Assembly (NCBI GenBank): GCA_038234505.1
Contig: JBBQTW010000001.1
Location: forward strand, 1-44,433
Direction of reading: 5' to 3'
Source: Candidatus Saccharimonadales bacterium
Lineage (GTDB): Bacteria > Patescibacteriota > Saccharimonadia > Saccharimonadales > UBA4665
DNA length: 44,433 bases
Shown here: in pieces, positions 41,576 to 44,433 of the stretch
Position numbering within the stretch: the stretch's first letter is position 1
Layout: each line of letters opens with the position of its first letter
Program-made: the position numbers and the translations under genes
Notes under the pieces: model-generated
The model's input: the letters and a program-made list of their open reading frames with translations, nothing else
Told to the model about the DNA's origin: nothing
Databases searched by the model: none

Positions 41576-41866
41576 ATGGCTGAAAAATTCGAATTGGTCC
41601 GTGGAGCCGAAATCGATTGTGAAGTGCTGTACCCAGGTATAGACGACCCCAGCTATTATGCATTGGTGCAGGTCGGGAAAGCAGAAGCCACCCCAGACAG
41701 TATCATAAGCGCTCCAGCAACAATTGCCGGTAAGAGCCTGCTTCGAGGGATGAAACTCAAAGGAGTTATTCCAGAGGATATCCCTGAGGACAGGGTTCTA
41801 ACAGCCAAGGACATCGTTCTGCGCATAGACGACAATCCCCAATCGGTAGCCGACTGGGCAAGTTAG
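41576..41866 (+). CDS. Hypothetical protein (96 aa), in the position usually held by rplI
   Basis: AGGAG SD 5 nt upstream. No similarity to the L9 N-terminus by eye. Confidence 0.5.
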   Translation: MAEKFELVRGAEIDCEVLYPGIDDPSYYALVQVGKAEATPDSIISAPATIAGKSLLRGMKLKGVIPEDIPEDRVLTAKDIVLRIDDNPQSVADWAS

Positions 41867-41867
41867 C

Positions 41868-42191
41868 GTGTCGCCGTTTGCACAGATTAAGAGGTTAGAG
41901 CTGCAGCTGCGGGCTGTTATATCGGCGCTGGACGTGCCGAGTCTAAACATGCCCGAGCAGAAGGCTGTGGCGCGGCTCAGTAATGATCTGACAGATGCTC
42001 GGCTCGATATTCGGGATTACGAGATGAGTGATACGCGCGCCGAGCAGCTCCGGCATTCCAAGCAGGCGGTGGCTCGCCTGGAGAAGGTGCGAAAAGCAAT
42101 CCTGGCCCTGAGTGAGTACAATGTATTTACGGCGGTGGACGTTGCCCAGCTGAGCGCCCAGTTAGAACAAATTAGCGAGAATGTACGGTAA
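41868..42191 (+). CDS. Hypothetical coiled-coil protein (107 aa)
   Basis: GTG start 1 nt after the preceding stop. Heptad-like Leu/Ala/Arg-rich sequence. Confidence 0.45.
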   Translation: MSPFAQIKRLELQLRAVISALDVPSLNMPEQKAVARLSNDLTDARLDIRDYEMSDTRAEQLRHSKQAVARLEKVRKAILALSEYNVFTAVDVAQLSAQLEQISENVR

Positions 42192-42504
42192 CCAGATGAA
42201 TATAGACGCATTTCAGGACAGAGTGATGAAGCTGCAGTCGAATACGTTCATGGCAATGAACGGAGCGGCGGCGGGTATCCTCGGGTCGGCAGATAGCGGG
42301 TCGGATGCTATCGAGCAGCTCAAGCGAGCCGTCGTGGAGTTTGTCGGACAGTCCAAAGCAGGGGCTGACCTAGCCAGGCTAAAGCAATCGTACCGAGCAG
42401 TACTGGCGAAAATCATGGTGGCGCAGACTATGGGATCAATCGGCGAAGAGCTGGCCGACGAGTTGGTAGCAACATTGCAGCAAATTATGAAGGAAGGGCA
42501 GTAG
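42181..42504 (+). CDS. Hypothetical protein (107 aa; start could be ATG 42196)
   Basis: ORF overlapping the previous stop by 11 nt. No motif recognised. Confidence 0.45.
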   Translation: MYGNQMNIDAFQDRVMKLQSNTFMAMNGAAAGILGSADSGSDAIEQLKRAVVEFVGQSKAGADLARLKQSYRAVLAKIMVAQTMGSIGEELADELVATLQQIMKEGQ

Positions 42505-42506
42505 CC

Positions 42507-43073
42507 ATGGCACTAAGTATTACGAATTTGAAAAAGGGCGTGCTGTTCCAGCTAGACGGTACGCCGTACCGCGTGGTGGATTATAACCAAAAGGTGATGG
42601 GCCGTGGTGGTAGTATCGTGAATGTCCGTGTCAAAAGCTTGCTTGATGGCAAGGTGCTGGAAAAGACATTTAAGGGCAACGAACAGATAGAAAGCGCCGA
42701 TGTGAACTCGCAGGGTGTGCAATATTTGTACAACGATGGTGCCACATTTTACTTCATGAACGGTGACACATTTGAGCAGTTCGAGGTCGCTGCCGACTTG
42801 GTGGGCGACGGCGCTGGCTACATCAAAGAAGGTGATATTGTGCAGCTGCAATTTTTCAACGCTCGGGCCATAAATGTGGAACTGCCCAAAAACGTACCAC
42901 TGCTAGTAACTTACAGCGAACACGCCGTCAAAGGCGACACAACATCCAACATTCAGAAGGATGCGACACTAGAAACTGGCATCACTATCAAGGTGCCGGC
43001 ATTTATCAAACAGGGCGATGTCATATCGGTGGATACCAGCACCGGTGCGTACCGCGAGCGCGTGAAGGAATAG
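42507..43073 (+). CDS. efp: Translation elongation factor P
   Basis: LKKGVLFQLDGTPYRVVDYNQKVMGRGGSIVNVRVKSLLDGKV is a typical EF-P domain I. 188 aa. Confidence 0.95.
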   Translation: MALSITNLKKGVLFQLDGTPYRVVDYNQKVMGRGGSIVNVRVKSLLDGKVLEKTFKGNEQIESADVNSQGVQYLYNDGATFYFMNGDTFEQFEVAADLVGDGAGYIKEGDIVQLQFFNARAINVELPKNVPLLVTYSEHAVKGDTTSNIQKDATLETGITIKVPAFIKQGDVISVDTSTGAYRERVKE

Positions 43074-43075
43074 CT

Positions 43076-43519
43076 ATGAGTAGCCCGGAAACTCGGGGTG
43101 GTGAAGCGGAAAACCTGTGGACTCAGTGGAGTCGGATTCGTGAAGAGAAAGTGCAGGGGTGGAACAAGCGGCGTGCTGCTGAAGGTAAGCCACCCCTAAG
43201 CGCACGGGCGAGGTCACGGCTTCTACGGAACTATGTATCCCCGGCGTCTATAGGTAATGAGCTCATAGAATTACATGCAGGCTCTGATGTAGGTATGAGC
43301 GATCCACACGATGTAGATGATGCCTTTCAGCTGGAGGCAAAAGACCCTGTAGTGGAGGAAGAAAATCGTATCATGGAACGCTTGGAACGTTTGCGCGCTC
43401 AGCAATATCAAGCCCCGGTGGTGTCGGAAGTAGACCTGATTACAGAGCGCTTGGAAGAATTACGCAGCAGGCAGAACCATCCCCGGGAACTGCCACCGGA
43501 AGGCGAGGTTTCGAACTAA
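43076..43519 (+). CDS. Hypothetical charged protein with a tandem 18-aa helical repeat
   Basis: VEEENRIMERLERLRAQQ (aa 93-110) and VSEVDLITERLEELRSRQ (aa 116-133) share 10 of 18 identities. Confidence 0.5.
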   Translation: MSSPETRGGEAENLWTQWSRIREEKVQGWNKRRAAEGKPPLSARARSRLLRNYVSPASIGNELIELHAGSDVGMSDPHDVDDAFQLEAKDPVVEEENRIMERLERLRAQQYQAPVVSEVDLITERLEELRSRQNHPRELPPEGEVSN

Positions 43520-44235
43520 TGAAACAACGGCTAGACCAGGCGTTGATGGCGCGCGGGCTGGTGCGGAGCCGCAGCCAAGCGGAGAGTTATATTCGGCTGG
43601 GCGAGGTGACGGTGAATGGCAAAGTTATTACTAAAGCCGGGACGATGGTAGGCGATGAGAACACCATAGTGTTGACGGCGGCCGAGCAGTATGTGAGCCG
43701 GGCGGCTCTGAAGTTAGCATCAGTCGCAGCAGTTCTGAAGCTCGATTTCCGGGGAAAAACGGTGCTCGACGTCGGTAGTAGCACGGGTGGTTTTACGGAA
43801 TACGCGCTGAAACATGGTGCCGCCAAAGTAATTGCCGTAGAAGTGGGAACCGATCAGCTGCACCCGAGCTTGCGTGGTAACCCACAGATTGAACTGCACG
43901 AAAAGACTGATATCCGCGACTTCCGCACAGCGCAGAAAATCGACCTAGTAGTAGCCGACGTATCATTTATTTCACTTCGGGACATTTTGCCGTCTGTTGC
44001 CAAGCTGTGCACGCGTGAAACGCGATTAGCAATGATGGTAAAACCGCAGTTCGAGGCAGCGCAGAGCAATCTCAAGCACAAAGGCGTTATCAAAAACGAC
44101 AAAATGCGCCGCGATATCCTGAAGGATTTCGAAGACTGGGCAAAGCGACATTTTGTAATCATCGACAAAGCAGATTCCGATGTCGCTGGAACCAAGGGCA
44201 ACCGCGAACGCTTTTACCTACTGAAGACCTTGTAG
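43519..44235 (+). CDS. tlyA: TlyA-family 16S/23S rRNA (cytidine-2'-O)-methyltransferase
   Basis: N-terminal S4 domain RLDQALMARGLVRSRSQAESYIRLGEVTVNGK. SAM-binding VLDVGSSTGGFTEYAL. ATG overlaps the previous stop. Confidence 0.9.
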   Translation: MKQRLDQALMARGLVRSRSQAESYIRLGEVTVNGKVITKAGTMVGDENTIVLTAAEQYVSRAALKLASVAAVLKLDFRGKTVLDVGSSTGGFTEYALKHGAAKVIAVEVGTDQLHPSLRGNPQIELHEKTDIRDFRTAQKIDLVVADVSFISLRDILPSVAKLCTRETRLAMMVKPQFEAAQSNLKHKGVIKNDKMRRDILKDFEDWAKRHFVIIDKADSDVAGTKGNRERFYLLKTL

Positions 44236-44326
44236 CTACAGGGAAAAGAGCAGCCGGAGACGACGGATTTACTCTGTCGCCCCGCGTGATGAGGAAAACC
44301 GTAGGTTTGCCTTATACTTTAAGCAT

Positions 44327-44433
44327 ATGTATTTTGCTAACAGGGTGCAGGCTGGTCGGATGCTGGCTAGGCAGCTCGCCAAAAAATATCGCTACGAAGA
44401 TTGCGCGGTTATCGCCCTCAACGATGGCGGCGT
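44327..44433 (+). CDS. Putative phosphoribosyltransferase-family protein, N-terminal fragment (runs off window)
   Basis: MYFANRVQAGRMLARQLAKKYRYEDCAVIALNDGG matches the usual F.dR.eAG..LA..L..y......v.al.rGG start of predicted PRTases. TATACT lies 8 nt upstream of the ATG. Confidence 0.45.
   Translation, partial: MYFANRVQAGRMLARQLAKKYRYEDCAVIALNDGG

Noticed and set aside
1-44433. CRISPR arrays, tRNA or rRNA genes, transposases or integrases, prophage or defence-island signatures, and alternative genetic code.
   Set aside because: I saw no repeat-spacer periodicity, no T-loop or anticodon-arm patterns in intergenic regions, and no transposase or integrase motifs. Conserved genes terminate normally at TAA, TAG and TGA without in-frame interruptions, so the standard code applies.

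Overview
Gene-dense chromosomal segment with about 49 CDS. I found no rRNA, tRNA, CRISPR array, IS element or integrase. All three standard stop codons are used, so there is no sign of recoding.

Most recognisable genes are housekeeping: dnaG (3' end)-rpoD, a type-II P-type ATPase, a second sigma-70 paralog next to a WhiB-like gene, polA, a HAD hydrolase, mutM, a fused otsA-otsB, holA, rpsT, a degenerate DHH (NrnA-like) gene followed by truB, an ABC-F ATPase, rpsO-pnp, a family-4-type UDG, RNase J, ftsK, rpsF-ssb-rpsR, efp and tlyA.

The order NrnA-like/truB ... rpsO-pnp ... rnj ... ftsK, the Wbl protein, the missing rplI and roughly 20 orphan ORFs suggest a streamlined Gram-positive-type lineage. 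Saccharibacteria/CPR or a relative of Actinobacteria fits, but this is inference only.

The most interesting signals are regulatory:
- Many near-consensus TTGACA-N17-TAnnnT promoters, often with an extended TGn -10.
- Eight start codons lie exactly 6 nt after a -10 hexamer, which is leaderless-mRNA geometry.
- Two distant genes share a near-identical promoter plus A-rich leader cassette.
- A promoter, a ~145-nt structured leader and an intrinsic terminator sit directly upstream of a tandem pair of uncharacterised paralogs carrying a His-rich motif.
- A CsoR-like palindrome lies upstream of a cupredoxin gene.
- A 41-bp palindrome lies in a TrmB-like divergent control region.

No database search was possible. 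Every functional call rests on motifs I recognise by eye.
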